From the NCBI GenBank assembly GCA_964016885.1, contig OZ024746.1:87296001-87360000 (forward strand): a stretch of 64,000 bases of DNA. Reading direction: 5' to 3'. How positions within the stretch are numbered: position 1 is the stretch's first letter; the number at the start of each line of letters is the position of its first letter. Under the pieces are notes generated by a model that had not been told where the DNA came from, searched no databases, and saw only the letters and a list, made by a program, of their open reading frames with translations. Shown here piece after piece: positions 31,853 to 46,178 of the stretch. Source of the stretch: Eledone cirrhosa. Its lineage: Eukaryota. The translations under genes and the position numbers were made by a program.

Positions 31853-33029
31853 AGTTTGTAATGCATGTACATATAATCGACCTGATCTACAACCCAAGAG
31901 ACATACAGATACATATATTATACTATACTACATTTGTATAGCAATTCAAATTTAAAATCAAAATTAAAATACATGCGGCAGATAACACAGATAATGCAAG
32001 CGGATAGTTTGATAATCAGATCTAGTAGATAGCGTATGCGTTAGTCATACATGGAGCATGCAAGTGTGTCTCATTTATATACGAGTATTGTGTGGCAAGG
32101 TAATACAAGCACTTCAAGCGGGTAAGCAAGAGTATTATGGTGGTTGTAGTGATAGGGTATTTTTTGTATAGATCAAAAAAGTATTTGTGCAGAAAAAGAA
32201 AAAGAAAAAGAAAAAGAAAAAGAAAAAGAAAAAGAATGATATATTTTTCGCATCGACTACCATCTTTACATTCAGAAAAAGGAAGTTATAGTTTTCACAT
32301 CCATCACATGTGTTATGATGAATTCGTATTCAATCTGTGATGTAGTAAATGATTGTAACGTATTGAGGCTTAGTGTTATTTAATCCATATTTATAGAATA
32401 GGCCATTACTCCAGCGGTTTATTATCCGGAAGTAGGTGTGTAATTAAGGGGAGTTAATGCGTACGGGGAGGTAACTAGCTGATTCTCATAGTTAACTTCA
32501 TTGTTTTAACATACGTTATATGATGCCTCAATTGAGTCCCTTATATAAAAGGTTATATATTTATATTTAATTTTAAATACATTCTACTGTATCATAATAT
32601 ATTAAAGGTATCTATAGGAAGTTGATTACTCCTTATTATATAGCGCTATAATTGAATTTCCCACACAAAGTTCTATATCTTTATATCAAAATTCACTGTA
32701 AATACAGTCTACTCTCAAAACATATCAAAGGACCAATTAGAATGTTGTCTGCATAACCCTTGGTAAGCTATGGAGCAGCATACGGCTGTTTGCATGATAA
32801 CATTGAATACATCAATTGGGTAAACAAATACAAACCGCATTTACCATGTCATTCATCTATCCACTAAGTTATTCATGCATATATAATTCATATATGATTC
32901 ATATATAATTCATATATAATTCATTGCACCACACTACATATCAGTTAGACAGATCCCTTATGTTAATAAATTAATCCTATATATATATAATGTTATTACT
33001 CTATACATTTAATTAGTTTGTGTGGATTG

Positions 33030-33500
33030 ATTAAGCTGTGTGATGGGCGTTGTGTGGTATATCCGAGTGGTCTCAACTCTTTAAATAAGAGCTGCTACTA
33101 TTTTAATACTGGGTATTATTTATGCAGTCGTGTCTGTTGCGTTCTTGCATGTGGATCATGTATATCATGATTTAAATGATTACATATAATAGTTTTCCCC
33201 TGCATGCTTTTTCTCCGCCTGAGTTGTCATCCACTTAGTTGTCTATCGTGAACATCAAATATTCTAACTCTCATTTAATGACGCAAGTGGTTAGCCATCG
33301 GCATGTACGTGTCTTTCCAGGTACCTTGTTGTAAACGTTCAACTCTGCTATTTCGACGTCAACACTTGTCATGCAAACCTATTAATGCCTTCGTTCTGGC
33401 AATGCCAGTATAGCCTTTGTGCATAACTATCACTACAATTTTCGACCTGCTCTTCTAATTATAAGATGATCTCTTGAGATTTATATCGCATTTAGCTGTT
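33030..33500 (-). pseudogene. Possible LTR (Gypsy-type) integrase fossil
   Basis: MHKGYTGIARTKALI resembles the LHEGHPGIVRTKALAR zinc-binding segment. Confidence 0.3.
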
Positions 33501-34587
33501 AATTTTAACCGTTCAAACGATCTTTTGCACCCTCCAATACTGTCTCATTATAAATAGGTAGCATATATTTCTGAAAGATGTGTGAAGCTGAGAGAAAACG
33601 AGAAAATATATTTAAACAAAAGGCACATATCAAAGATAATTTAAACAAGACAATTTGTGAATGGATATTGCAAAGATTAGAAAATGTTAGTGATTGCAAA
33701 AAGGAAATACTCAATAAAAACAAATCTATTACAATTATTTTGAAACCTTATCTATGAGACTTAGGCAAAATTATTTGAGTTAATTAGAAAAATCAATTGT
33801 TTGGATGTTTGCTGTTTCCTCACAATCGGAACGCGATAGCATCCTAAGTCACGTAACTCTGCCAACTTCTCTCTTAAGTGAAAATCATTATGAATGAAAT
33901 GAAACTAATTATTCAACAGGAATCATAAAAATATTGATAAAATAGAAAACAGTTCGTTTCTATTTCTGTAGTATATTCTATAATCACATATGTCATGTAA
34001 ATCTGTATTCTCTACATTGTTTCACATCGGTTTATTCAGTCTTGGTTGATGTATATATCTAAAATGAGAGGGCACGATAACATGTGAATTCTGCTGACAT
34101 ATATAGCAGAGTGAGTGACTAAATAGGTATACTTAAACGTGAGTTATTTCCAGGACGATTTGTCAATAGTTCAGAGAGGGATAACAAATTCGATGTTTGC
34201 ATACCTCGTAAGGCACAACCATGCCAGTTGACAACAGAGCGGCTCCCCCATTGTTTCGCTATTTTTGAAAAATAATTTGTCCGACTGATGGTTTTCAAAA
34301 TGCAAGCAAATCAATAGTTTGAGTTCTGTAGAATATTAGCACATATATTTCACTCGTTACACTAGATGTCCTGTGGTTTTTATGGTGGTGATTCGTTTGA
34401 ATTATATATAACATTTAATATTATATTTTTTATATTTCATGTCAAACAATATACGTTTACTCATTTAGAGTAGGTCATGCCTTAATAATGATATCTGTTG
34501 AAAGATGTGCGATATCCTTTTCTTGCCAAAACAATAATATTTCCAATGTCTTCTAGATGAAATTTATATAAAGCTATACGTGTTAAG

Positions 34588-34981
34588 CCCTGCGATGGAC
34601 TGGTGTCCTGTCCAGCGGGTGTCTTGTACACTCAGTCGCTTCACACATTGAAACCGGGATAAGCACCGGCCAAATGAGCCTTCTGGTTTAAGACAGTGGA
34701 GACAAGTGGCCTAGTGGTAAGGGTATTGGACTTACGATCATAATGTCGTGGGCTCGATTCCTGGGTTGCGTGTTGTGTTCTTGAGCAAAACAATTCATTT
34801 CACGTTGCTCCAGTATACTCAGCTGAACATGAGAACCAGGAATAGCTGGAGGTTTAACCCTGCGATGGACTGGCGTCCTGTCCAGGGGGGAGTCTTGTAC
34901 TCTCAGTCGCTTCACGCCATGAAACCGGGATAAGCACTGGCCAAATGAGCCTTCTGGCTTAAGACAAACTTTAGACTTTAG
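34588..34981 (+). mobile_element. Composite SINE: 3' fragment (34588-34695) plus full-length tRNA-derived SINE (34696-34981)
   Basis: A box gtggcctagtgg, B box ggctcgattcc, core ccctgcgatggactggcgtcctgtccaggg; 12-bp TSD atacgtgttaag at 34576-34587 and 34982-34993. Confidence 0.88.
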
Positions 34982-35659
34982 ATACGTGTTAAGTATGTTG
35001 ACATTAATCTAAACAAAAATCATTATATAATCAGAAGAATTACGTGCTGTATGAAAGGATCAATAAAAGTGTGAGAGAATTATATATTTAATAAATAATT
35101 AAGTAGAGAATCTTTCTAACTTTAAAGTAATCTGAATATTCTGGTTTGACATATTAATTAAGTTAGTATCAATTACATCTGGGTGTAGAACGCTTTTAAT
35201 TGTGTTGAGTTTAAATATTAAATAATCAAACATAAAATTTCTTGTTTTTAGATATTCAGGAATGAATTTAATCATTGGTTCGGTGTAACCAGTTTATCCG
35301 AGAAAATGTTTTTTACGAGACAAGGTAGTATGAAGAGTTAAATAAGGAAAGTATTGCTTTCCTCAACTCGCTCTGCGTAGGTGGGTTAAGTATTTAAACG
35401 GTGTTTGCTTCGTCTAATGAGATGAAGTAACACAATACCGACAAGACCAACAATTAATATTGACGTTACATTTAGTGAGTTATAATTTGTTGTTGATATG
35501 CAACACAAGGTTAGTGGTAATTAATTATACATTCTAACAATTAGTTCAGAATATTTGTTTGGTTTGCAAATTTAGAAGCATTAATTTAGAAAAATAATAC
35601 TAAGCATAATACTAAGCATAATACTAACCATTTAGTGGTGCTGATAATAATAATAAATA

Positions 35660-35773
35660 ATAATTGTTTCTACTTTTGGCACAAGGCCAGCAATTATCCA
35701 GTACATTATTGGTACTTTATTTTATTGACCCCGTGAGGATGAAAGACAAAGTTAACCTTGGCGGGATTTGAAC
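35660..35773 (-). mobile_element. SINE 3' half (family of 14770-14978)
   Basis: Reverse complement of the shared core and tail. Confidence 0.8.
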
Positions 35774-35994
35774 TAGTATCCATATCGCAGGGTGAATTAT
35801 GCCAGCGATATGGATACTACGTTACATAGGTTACATTTAATAGCATACTTTAAATATTTTGACAAAGGGATGAAATAATTTTTAATGATAAAATGTGATC
35901 TGGTATACTTTTATACGGAGTGTTTTCAATAACATAGTTGCAAGATATACAGTGCAAATGACAACATATTTTAACTGCTTTTGTTGATTTTCAG

Positions 35995-36320
35995 GCTGGT
36001 AACTTCACTCTGGTAATTACTTTCTTAATGGAAATTGGTGTGATTTTGGATGTTGCATACATTTCTAGTGCTTCTTTCACTGTTGGGGTTTGTTTCAATG
36101 ATGGAATGGTCTGGTGGATAATGTTATATACATCTGTATTTCTTTGGTTATGTGTTGCAATAACGATTAGAGTACCGGACGTGACAACAGTGATTTTTCT
36201 TCGCTTTCATTTATCTTAAATCTTATTTTGGTAATTTCTCTTCCGTTTATCGTGTATTGAGCTCGTATGAAATGTTATCTAAGAAGTGCTGTGAGATTGT
36301 TTGATTATTTAACGACAGCC
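35995..36320 (-). pseudogene. Penelope-like ORF remnant (thumb/linker region)
   Basis: IATHNQRNTDVYNIIHQTIPSLKQTPTVKEAL..KKVITRVK resembles the PLE linker. Confidence 0.5.
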
Positions 36321-36529
36321 AATCATATCACAATCACGTGTTTCAAGTATGTTCGTGTTTTATGCCTGTATATTACAAACCCATAGCCAGGTTTTCTGCC
36401 AGGTAATGCCATTCGAATATATGTTAAAACATGGGGATGCCAAAACAAAATAAAGATATATTGTTTAGTAAAATATATATATTATTCCAAACAAAGACAC
36501 ATTATACAATGAAATGTCAAAAAAATAGT

Positions 36530-36840
36530 TTTCGTGGTTTCTTTAACCACTCATTTGCAAAGTCTTCAAATTTAATTTTATCAAATTCATCTTTTTCGAA
36601 AAAGATGTATGTCAAATTGCATTCTCTGTAAGGTGATTGACCTCTTTGTGGTGAGTATGTGAGCCATAGCAGAAATCAGGCATTCAACTCTTCACGAAAT
36701 ATAGCCACATGTTAATACAATTCTGTATAACATTATTATTGCAGAGGCCGTTGATTGATATTTTGTAAGCAATAATTTATATATATCTTGAATATCTAAT
36801 GTTTTTTTATGCAGACGCAGAGCAGTCATACAATGTATTA
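36530..36840 (-). pseudogene. hAT transposase C-terminal (dimerisation domain) fossil
   Basis: SASA*KN..RYI..L..I and EKDEFDKIKFEDFANEWLKKPR; a hAT-like TIR pair gcccgtagc/gctacgggc lies nearby at 37471-37527. Confidence 0.4.
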
Positions 36841-37950
36841 GAATATATAATGTAAAAACATACCTTTAAATTTTCACGAAAATTTAGTTTCACTTTTACA
36901 ATACAATTTTAGAAAAAGAATGCAGGTATTTAATAATAGGTAATTATATAAAATATGTCCTGTATACATGTGATACCTCATGCAAATATTTAAACAAATA
37001 GAAAGATATTATAAGATGTGTATGTATATTCTCTCTCCTCATATCCGTATATGTATAATGTATATATGCTTTGTCCGAAATACAAGTCAAAACGTATAAT
37101 ATTGTGACATTGTCTTATATAGGCTTATTCTGTGTCATTTTGCCTTTACCTGTTGTGTTAACTTTTTAAAATAAAATTTTGTTTGATGGGGATGCCAAAA
37201 CTATTTGATATCGTTGTATTCTCTTGCTTATTTTCTTATATGCATAGATTATTGAACAAGGAAGAGTAATTTACACATTTTTATTCCGACACAATGAAGC
37301 ACATTAAAGTGCAGAGTTGTTGAACGTTTGAACCTAAATGAACATATATTAATAATAATAACTCCGAATGTAATTCCATTGTCATAGAAAAAGTGAGTAC
37401 TCCTTCAAACAGTCACACTGTATTTCAAACCAGTTGCATAAAATTGTGTACCTCAATTTACCTGATTATACCACGCCCGTAGCGAAGGCGATGCATCCCC
37501 TGGCACCCCCTTTGCTACGGGCCTGGTATATTATGCTTCAGCTAAATATATATACATTATATATATATTTAGGTTTGTTAGTTCACAACAGGATATAATT
37601 GGTCATTCCGTATGTTCAATCTCGATGTAATATTATGGAGAGTACTCAACGTAATGCAGCTCACCCGTCTTAGTTTGTGTAGTTGGTGGTGTGAGTACGG
37701 AGTTAATTATTATAATAACATATATGTATTTATATATATATATACGCATATATGCATATATAATTTTTAAATTATATATTATCTAATTTTTAACCTTCAA
37801 TCCTTGACCCCGACAACTAACATAAAAGAGACCCCTTAGAATATAGACCCCAACTATACAAGCGGAGCTGCTGATGTATACCACAATTTCAAACTGCTAG
37901 CCTTGAGTGATACGTTGATGTAAATAATGATCTTACAATCACATGTTATA

Positions 37951-37997
37951 TGCCTTGAAAAGTCCCACCATATGATCGGACGAAACGGCTGTCGGCA
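37951..37997 (+). ncRNA. Type I hammerhead ribozyme with U3-A8 variant core
   Basis: tgcc-TTGAAAA-gtcc..ggac-GAAA-cggctg-TC-ggca. Confidence 0.75.
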
Positions 37998-38041
37998 ATA
38001 AACTTGTTATAATGTCATAATAGTTCCTTTGTTCTTTTTCA

Positions 38042-39070
<1,029 letters not shown>

Positions 39071-39157
39071 CAGTGATATATATATGCTGGTTATTTAACC
39101 TTATTGTGGTGACGCAGCTCGATGGAGCATGCCACTACTGATATATTCATGTTTATA

Positions 39158-39204
39158 GGTTCTGAAGATTCCTGCCATGCAGCATGGATGAAACACTGTT
39201 AGCT
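39158..39204 (+). ncRNA. Type I hammerhead ribozyme
   Basis: ggtt-CTGAAGA-ttcc..ggat-GAAA-cactg-TT-agct. Confidence 0.72.
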
Positions 39205-39270
39205 AATAAAACAATGTATTTCTAAGCACTCTTTGGTTATTCCTATAACTCTCTCTCTATATATATATCA

Positions 39271-40955
39271 TTGATATTAACCCCCAACACACTTTATCGG
39301 ACATAACGTTTGGTGCCTCTGATGTCTGAGCGGCAATAAACGAAATAAAATACAATTCAGCAGTAGGCCCCGACAGGTTTCCTGCTAGTGTCCTGAAGGT
39401 GTGTCGACACCAACTTGCAACTCCTCTTGCTAATCTGCGAAGGAACTCACTGGACACTGGCTATATTCCTGAAAACTTTCTGACCCAGTCCGTTGTCCCA
39501 GTCTTCAAAAAGGGAAATACGTACCTTGCAGTGAACTACCGTCCGATCTCACTCACCTCTCATATTATCAATGTATTTGAGAGAGTGGTGAGTTCACGAA
39601 TAACCCACTTTCTTGAAAGCGGCGGCCTAATGAACTCCAAACAACATGGGTTCCGTAATGGAAGGGACTGCCTAACGCAGCTCTTGCATCATTTTGACGT
39701 TGTTTTGAGAGCCTTGGGAGAGGGCTCCAACACTGATGTCATCTACCTTGATTTCAGCAAGGCCTTCGCCATGGTTGCTCATAATATTCTACTGAAAAAA
39801 CTATCCAATGTTGGTGTCTCCGGAAAGTTACTACAGTGGATCAAATGTTTCCTGACAGGCAGAACCCAGCATGTTGTAGTGGAAGGTGTATAATCAAGCC
39901 CTGCCAAAGTCAGCAGTGGCATCAAACAAGGCACTGTGTTGGGCCCACTTCTTTTCATCATCTACATTAATGACATTACTGACATCATCAAACACAGTAT
40001 CATCAGAATCTTCGCAGATGATTCCAAGCTCCAAATGGTCATCAATGAGGTGGGTGACCGGACTTGCCTTCAGTCAGACCTACTGGCTGTTATCCAATGG
40101 GCAGAGATGAATAATATGCTGTTGAATGAGGATAAATTTGAACTAATCCACTTTGGAAAAAAGGATGCCCTGAAACTACCATAATCTCTTCCTTTGGGTG
40201 AAACTCTAGTGGCTTCCAATAACATTAGAGACTTGGGAGTAATTGTGGACAACAATATAAGCTGGGCCATTCATATAAACAGCAGAGTTGATATGGCCCG
40301 CAGAATGTGTTCCTCGATTCTCAGAACTTTCCAGTCGAGAGATATCCACACTGTTGTCACTCTCTTCTCCAATTTTGCCCGACCCACCTTGAATACTGAT
40401 GTCCACTGTGGTCACCCCACACGAAACAAAGTGTCATGAAAGTTGAAGCACCCCAAAGGTCAATTACAAAAGAAGATAGTTAGCATGACAGGCCTTGACA
40501 ATTGGGGTCGATTAGAAAAGCTCAAACTTTATTCTCTTCAACATCGCCGTGAGCGCTACATTATCTGTATAATGTGGAAAATTTTCCATCAGTTTAGCCC
40601 AAATGATGTTGGCATCACCTTTAGTGTACACCCAAAAATCGACAAAAATCCCACTCGCATCACATAACAACAATACGGCACAATTATTTCACCTCAATTG
40701 GCCCTGCTATCTTTAACATTACACCAAAACACATCAAAGCAAGGACAGATCCCATCATGTTCAAGAAGTCTTTGGATAAATTCCTTCAACAAATCCCGGA
40801 TAAGCCTGCTACACCCGGATATGCCTCCGTAAATAATTACTCTCTGCTCGAGTGGGCCATGGCGCCCAAACACTGATTTGAAAGATTTCGCTAGGTGGTG
40901 CTATTAATTTAGACATGGCCGGGGACAATACTGGCCGAAACCTATCAAAGTTATC
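39271..40955 (+). pseudogene. 5'-truncated, disrupted CR1/L2/Jockey-group LINE RT
   Basis: VPVFKKG..NYRPISLTSH, QHGFRNGRDCLTQL, YLDFSKAF, LGPLLFIIYINDI, FADDSKL, RDLGVIVD; stops and frameshifts. Confidence 0.9.
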
Positions 40956-41511
40956 TTATATATATATATATATGCATATATATATATATATATATACATA
41001 TATATGCATATATATATATGCATATAGCATATATATGTGTATATATATATATATATTTTTTTTAAATTTTTTTAAAAGAATATTTTCTTATTTTACGTCC
41101 TTTATATTATTGTTCTGCATTCTCCTGCATTGAACCACCTAGGTACTATGACATAACCTGTGTATTTGCTGGCATGGGCGTGCATCTGTGCGCTTATGTT
41201 AGTTGATATATTAAATTATCTATATTTATCTCCAAATCACTGATTTGTCGAGCAAACTTGTCAAAACCACTTCTAAAAAAATTTTTTTTTTTGGGGTGTT
41301 AGTAGGCGTCAGTCATCTTACCATCCCATTCCTTCTAACTAGCCTCTGTGTCACGTGATTGATTCTTTAGAATCGGCCATTTGACTTGAAGCAGTGAGAA
41401 TTTCGGTACATAGAATCCAGTCCTCGCAAGCTGTTCGATCTACCGAATTATTATTATTTTTATATGAGCCGCCAGTGTCCGCGCATTGCCTGGAGACTTA
41501 ACTGAGAATAG

Positions 41512-41593
41512 ACTTCCTGATGACGCAATGAATTCTCGACAGTTGGATTACGTAACTGTCTTTATCCCATTGCAGAAACTAATTAGTTGGAGT
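41512..41593 (+). ncRNA. Type I hammerhead ribozyme, extended stem II
   Basis: acttc-CTGATGA-cgcaatg..cattgca-GAAA-ctaattag-TT-ggagt; palindrome AACTAATTAGTT. Confidence 0.82.
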
Positions 41594-42070
41594 GAAAATT
41601 TAAGTAAGAAAAAAATTTTTTTTAAATTTTTTTAAAAGAATATTTTCTTATTTTACGTCCTTTATATTATTGTTCTGCATTCTCCTGCATTGAACCACCT
41701 AGGTACTATGACATAACCTGTGTATTTGCTGGCATGGGCGTGCATCTGTGCGCTTATGTTAGTTGATATATTAAATTATCTATATTTATCTCCAAATCAC
41801 TGATTTGTCGAGCAAACTTGTCAAAACCACTTCTAAAAAAATTTTTTTTTTGGGGTGTTAGTAGGCGTCAGTCATCTTACCATCCCATTCCTTCTAACTA
41901 GCCTCTGTGTCACGTGATTGATTCTTTAGAATCGGCCATTTGACTTGAAGCAGTGAGAATTTCGGTACATAGAATCCAGTCCTCGCAAGCTGTTCGATCT
42001 ACAGAATTATTATTATTTTTATATGAGCCGCCAGTGTCCGCGCATTGCCTGGAGACTTAACTGAGAATAG

Positions 42071-42152
42071 ACTTCCTGATGACGCAATGAATTCTCGACA
42101 GTTGGATTACGTAACTGTCTTTATCCCATTGCAGAAACTATTTAGTTGGAGT
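42071..42152 (+). ncRNA. Type I hammerhead ribozyme (second unit)
   Basis: As 41512-41593, with one change in loop III. Confidence 0.8.
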
Positions 42153-42223
42153 GAAAATTTAAGTAAGAAAAAAATTTTTTTAAAATTTTTTTAAAAGAAT
42201 ATTTTCTTATTTTACGTCCTTTA

Positions 42224-42955
<732 letters not shown>

Positions 42956-43121
42956 TATTGTTTTTTTGGCGGTAATTTACTTCCTCAATTTTTGAATCAG
43001 TTTGAGCACTTCTTTAGAACTGCTGGACTGACAACCTGACAGATACCTCAGGCACAGAGGATGATAATTATCGCTAAATACTGATGTTGGTTAGATTATC
43101 AATATTAGTATTATTGGGGCA

Positions 43122-43248
43122 CCCACTGATGAATTATAGGAGCCCATTTGAATATATATATATTGATGGTATACAAGCTCCTACATAAATTGGTATAATT
43201 TCACCCAACTCGTAGGAATCCTGTAATGAAACGAGACGTCCGTCTGGG
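43122..43248 (+). ncRNA. Type I hammerhead ribozyme with very long stem II domain
   Basis: ccca-CTGATGA-attatagga..(~75 nt)..tcctgtaat-GAAA-cg-agacgtc-cg-TC-tggg; GUC triplet. Confidence 0.78.
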
Positions 43249-43423
43249 AAGAGATATATTAGATATGTCTCATAAGAAATAATACAGCCAATTTTCCAGG
43301 CAATACTATTAGTTAGCACCCCGAACACATAATTGGTAATATAATCACTTATTTCCTCATGTTTGTTGAGTGAGTTGGAATTTGGCCGGAGTATCGCTAA
43401 AAAGCTTTCTCCAATATTGTATT

Positions 43424-43424
<1 letters not shown>

Positions 43425-43480
<56 letters not shown>

Positions 43481-43563
43481 TGTATATATATATATATATG
43501 CATGTATATATATATATGCATGTATATATATATATGCATGTATATATATATATATATATATGC

Positions 43564-43601
<38 letters not shown>

Positions 43602-43674
43602 ATATATATATATATATACATGTATATATATATATATATGCATGTATATATGTATGTATATGTATATGTGTATG

Positions 43675-43707
<33 letters not shown>

Positions 43708-43931
43708 ATATATGCATATATATATATATATGTATATATATATACATATACATATATATATATATGCATATATATATGCATATATATATATATATATGTA
43801 TATATATACATATACATATATATATATATATATGTATATATATACATATACATATATATATATATATGCATATATATATATGCATATATATATATACATA
43901 TATATATATATATGCATATATATATACATGC

Positions 43932-44005
<74 letters not shown>

Positions 44006-44088
44006 GCATATATATATATATATGTGTGTGTGTATTTATATATATACATGTATATATATATATATATATGCATATATATGTATGTATA

Positions 44089-44136
<48 letters not shown>

Positions 44137-44227
44137 TATACATATATATATATATGCATATAAATATATATATATGCATATACATATATATATATATATA
44201 TATATGCATATACATATATATATATGC

Positions 44228-44263
<36 letters not shown>

Positions 44264-44265
44264 GC

Positions 44266-44312
<47 letters not shown>

Positions 44313-44430
44313 CATGCATATATATATATGTATATATATATGCATATATATATATGTGTGTGTATTTATATATGCGCATATACATATATATATATATGCA
44401 TATATATATATATATGTATATATATGTATA

Positions 44431-44465
<35 letters not shown>

Positions 44466-44467
44466 GC

Positions 44468-44505
<38 letters not shown>

Positions 44506-44518
44506 GTATATATATGTA

Positions 44519-44553
<35 letters not shown>

Positions 44554-44555
44554 GC

Positions 44556-44593
<38 letters not shown>

Positions 44594-44678
44594 GCATATA
44601 TATATATATGTATATATGTATATATATATATGCATATATATATATATGTGTGTGTGTATTTATATATATATATATATA
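43425..44678. repeat. (TA)n microsatellite with TGCA/TG/CA interruptions
   Basis: Direct reading. Confidence 0.97.
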
Positions 44679-44802
44679 TGAATATAGACATAGAATATTC
44701 GAAAATATTCTGTATGCTTATAATAAACATTTTGAAGACCTAATCGCTATAGAATAGAATACGTCACGTATTACAATTAGATTCTCGATAAAAGCAAGGG
44801 AA

Positions 44803-44845
44803 GTAATCTACGCGTTTCATTCTTGTTAGAAATCATCAGGACTAC
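44803..44845 (-). ncRNA. Minimal type I hammerhead (also at 45113-45155 and 45423-45465)
   Basis: gtagtc-CTGATGA-tttctaacaagaat-GAAA-cgcg-TA-gattac. Confidence 0.9.
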
Positions 44846-46135
44846 ATATCCAGTGCTTTTATCGAGAATGACACAGCTAGAGACTTATAGAATACTTAGC
44901 TGTGTACAGTAACTGGTTTGAAAGAGCGGTTGCCGGTCCGGCAGAAATTAGAAATTGGAATAAATGCTCTGAAATAGCGATATATATGTGAATATAGACA
45001 TAGAATATTCGAAAATATTCTGTATGCTTATAATAAACATTTTGAAGACCTAATCGCTATAGAATAGAATACGTCACGTATTACAATTAGATTCTCGATA
45101 AAAGCAAGGGAAGTAATCTACGCGTTTCATTCTTGTTAGAAATCATCAGGACTACATATCCAGTGCTTTTATCGAGAATGACACAGCTAGAGACTTATAG
45201 AATACTTAGCTGTGTACAGTAACTGGTTTGAAAGAGCGGTTGCCGGTCCGGCAGAAATTAGAAATTGGAATAAATGCTCTGAAATAGCGATATATATGTG
45301 AATATAGACATAGAATATTCGAAAATATTCTGTATGCTTATAATAAACATTTTGAAGACCTAATCGCTATAGAATAGAATACGTCACGTATTACAATTAG
45401 ATTCTCGATAAAAGCAAGGGAAGTAATCTACGCGTTTCATTCTTGTTAGAAATCATCAGGACTACATATCCAGTGCTTTTATCGAGAATGACACAGCTAG
45501 AGACTTATAGAATACTTAGCTGTGTACAGTAACTGGTTTGAAAGAGCGGTTGCCGGTCCGGCAGAAATTAGAAATTGGAATAAATGCTCTGAAATAGCGA
45601 TATATATGTGAATATAGACATAGAATATTCGAAAATATTCTGTATGCTTATAATAAACATTTTGAAGACCTAATCGCTATAGAATAGAATACGTCACGTA
45701 TTACAATTAGATTCTCGATAAAAGCAAGGGAAGTAATCTACGCGTTTCATTCTTATTAGGTCTTCAAAATGTTTATTATAGACATATAGACATAGAATAT
45801 TCGAAAATATTCTGTATGCTTATAATAAACATTTTGAAGACCTAATCGCTATAGAATAGAATACGTCACGTATTACAATTAGATTCTCGATAAAAGCAAG
45901 GGAAATAATCTACGCGTTTCATTCTTATTAGGTCTTCAAAATGTTTATTATAAGCATACAGAATATTTTCGAATATTCTATGTCTATATTCACATATATA
46001 TCGCTATTTCAGAGCATTTATTCCAATTTCTAATTTCTGCCGGACCGGCAACCGCTCTTTCAAACCAGTTACTGTACACAGCTAAGTATTCTATAAGTCT
46101 CTAGCTGTGTCATTCTCGATAAAAGCACTGGATAT

Positions 46136-46178
46136 GTAGTCCTGATGATTTCTAACAAGAATGAAACGCGTAGATTAC
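46136..46178 (+). ncRNA. Minimal type I hammerhead (also at 46446-46488, 46756-46798, 47066-47108)
   Basis: Same motif; palindromic ACGCGT stem III; stem I extended by the 16-bp helix attctcgataaaagca/tgcttttatcgagaat. Confidence 0.9.

Larger units (their letters stand above)
41058..42223 (+). mobile_element. Tandem array of ~560-bp HHR-containing units (about 2.1 copies), retrozyme-like
   Basis: Near-identical units start at ~41061, 41621 and 42180; flanked by (TA)n. Confidence 0.9.
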
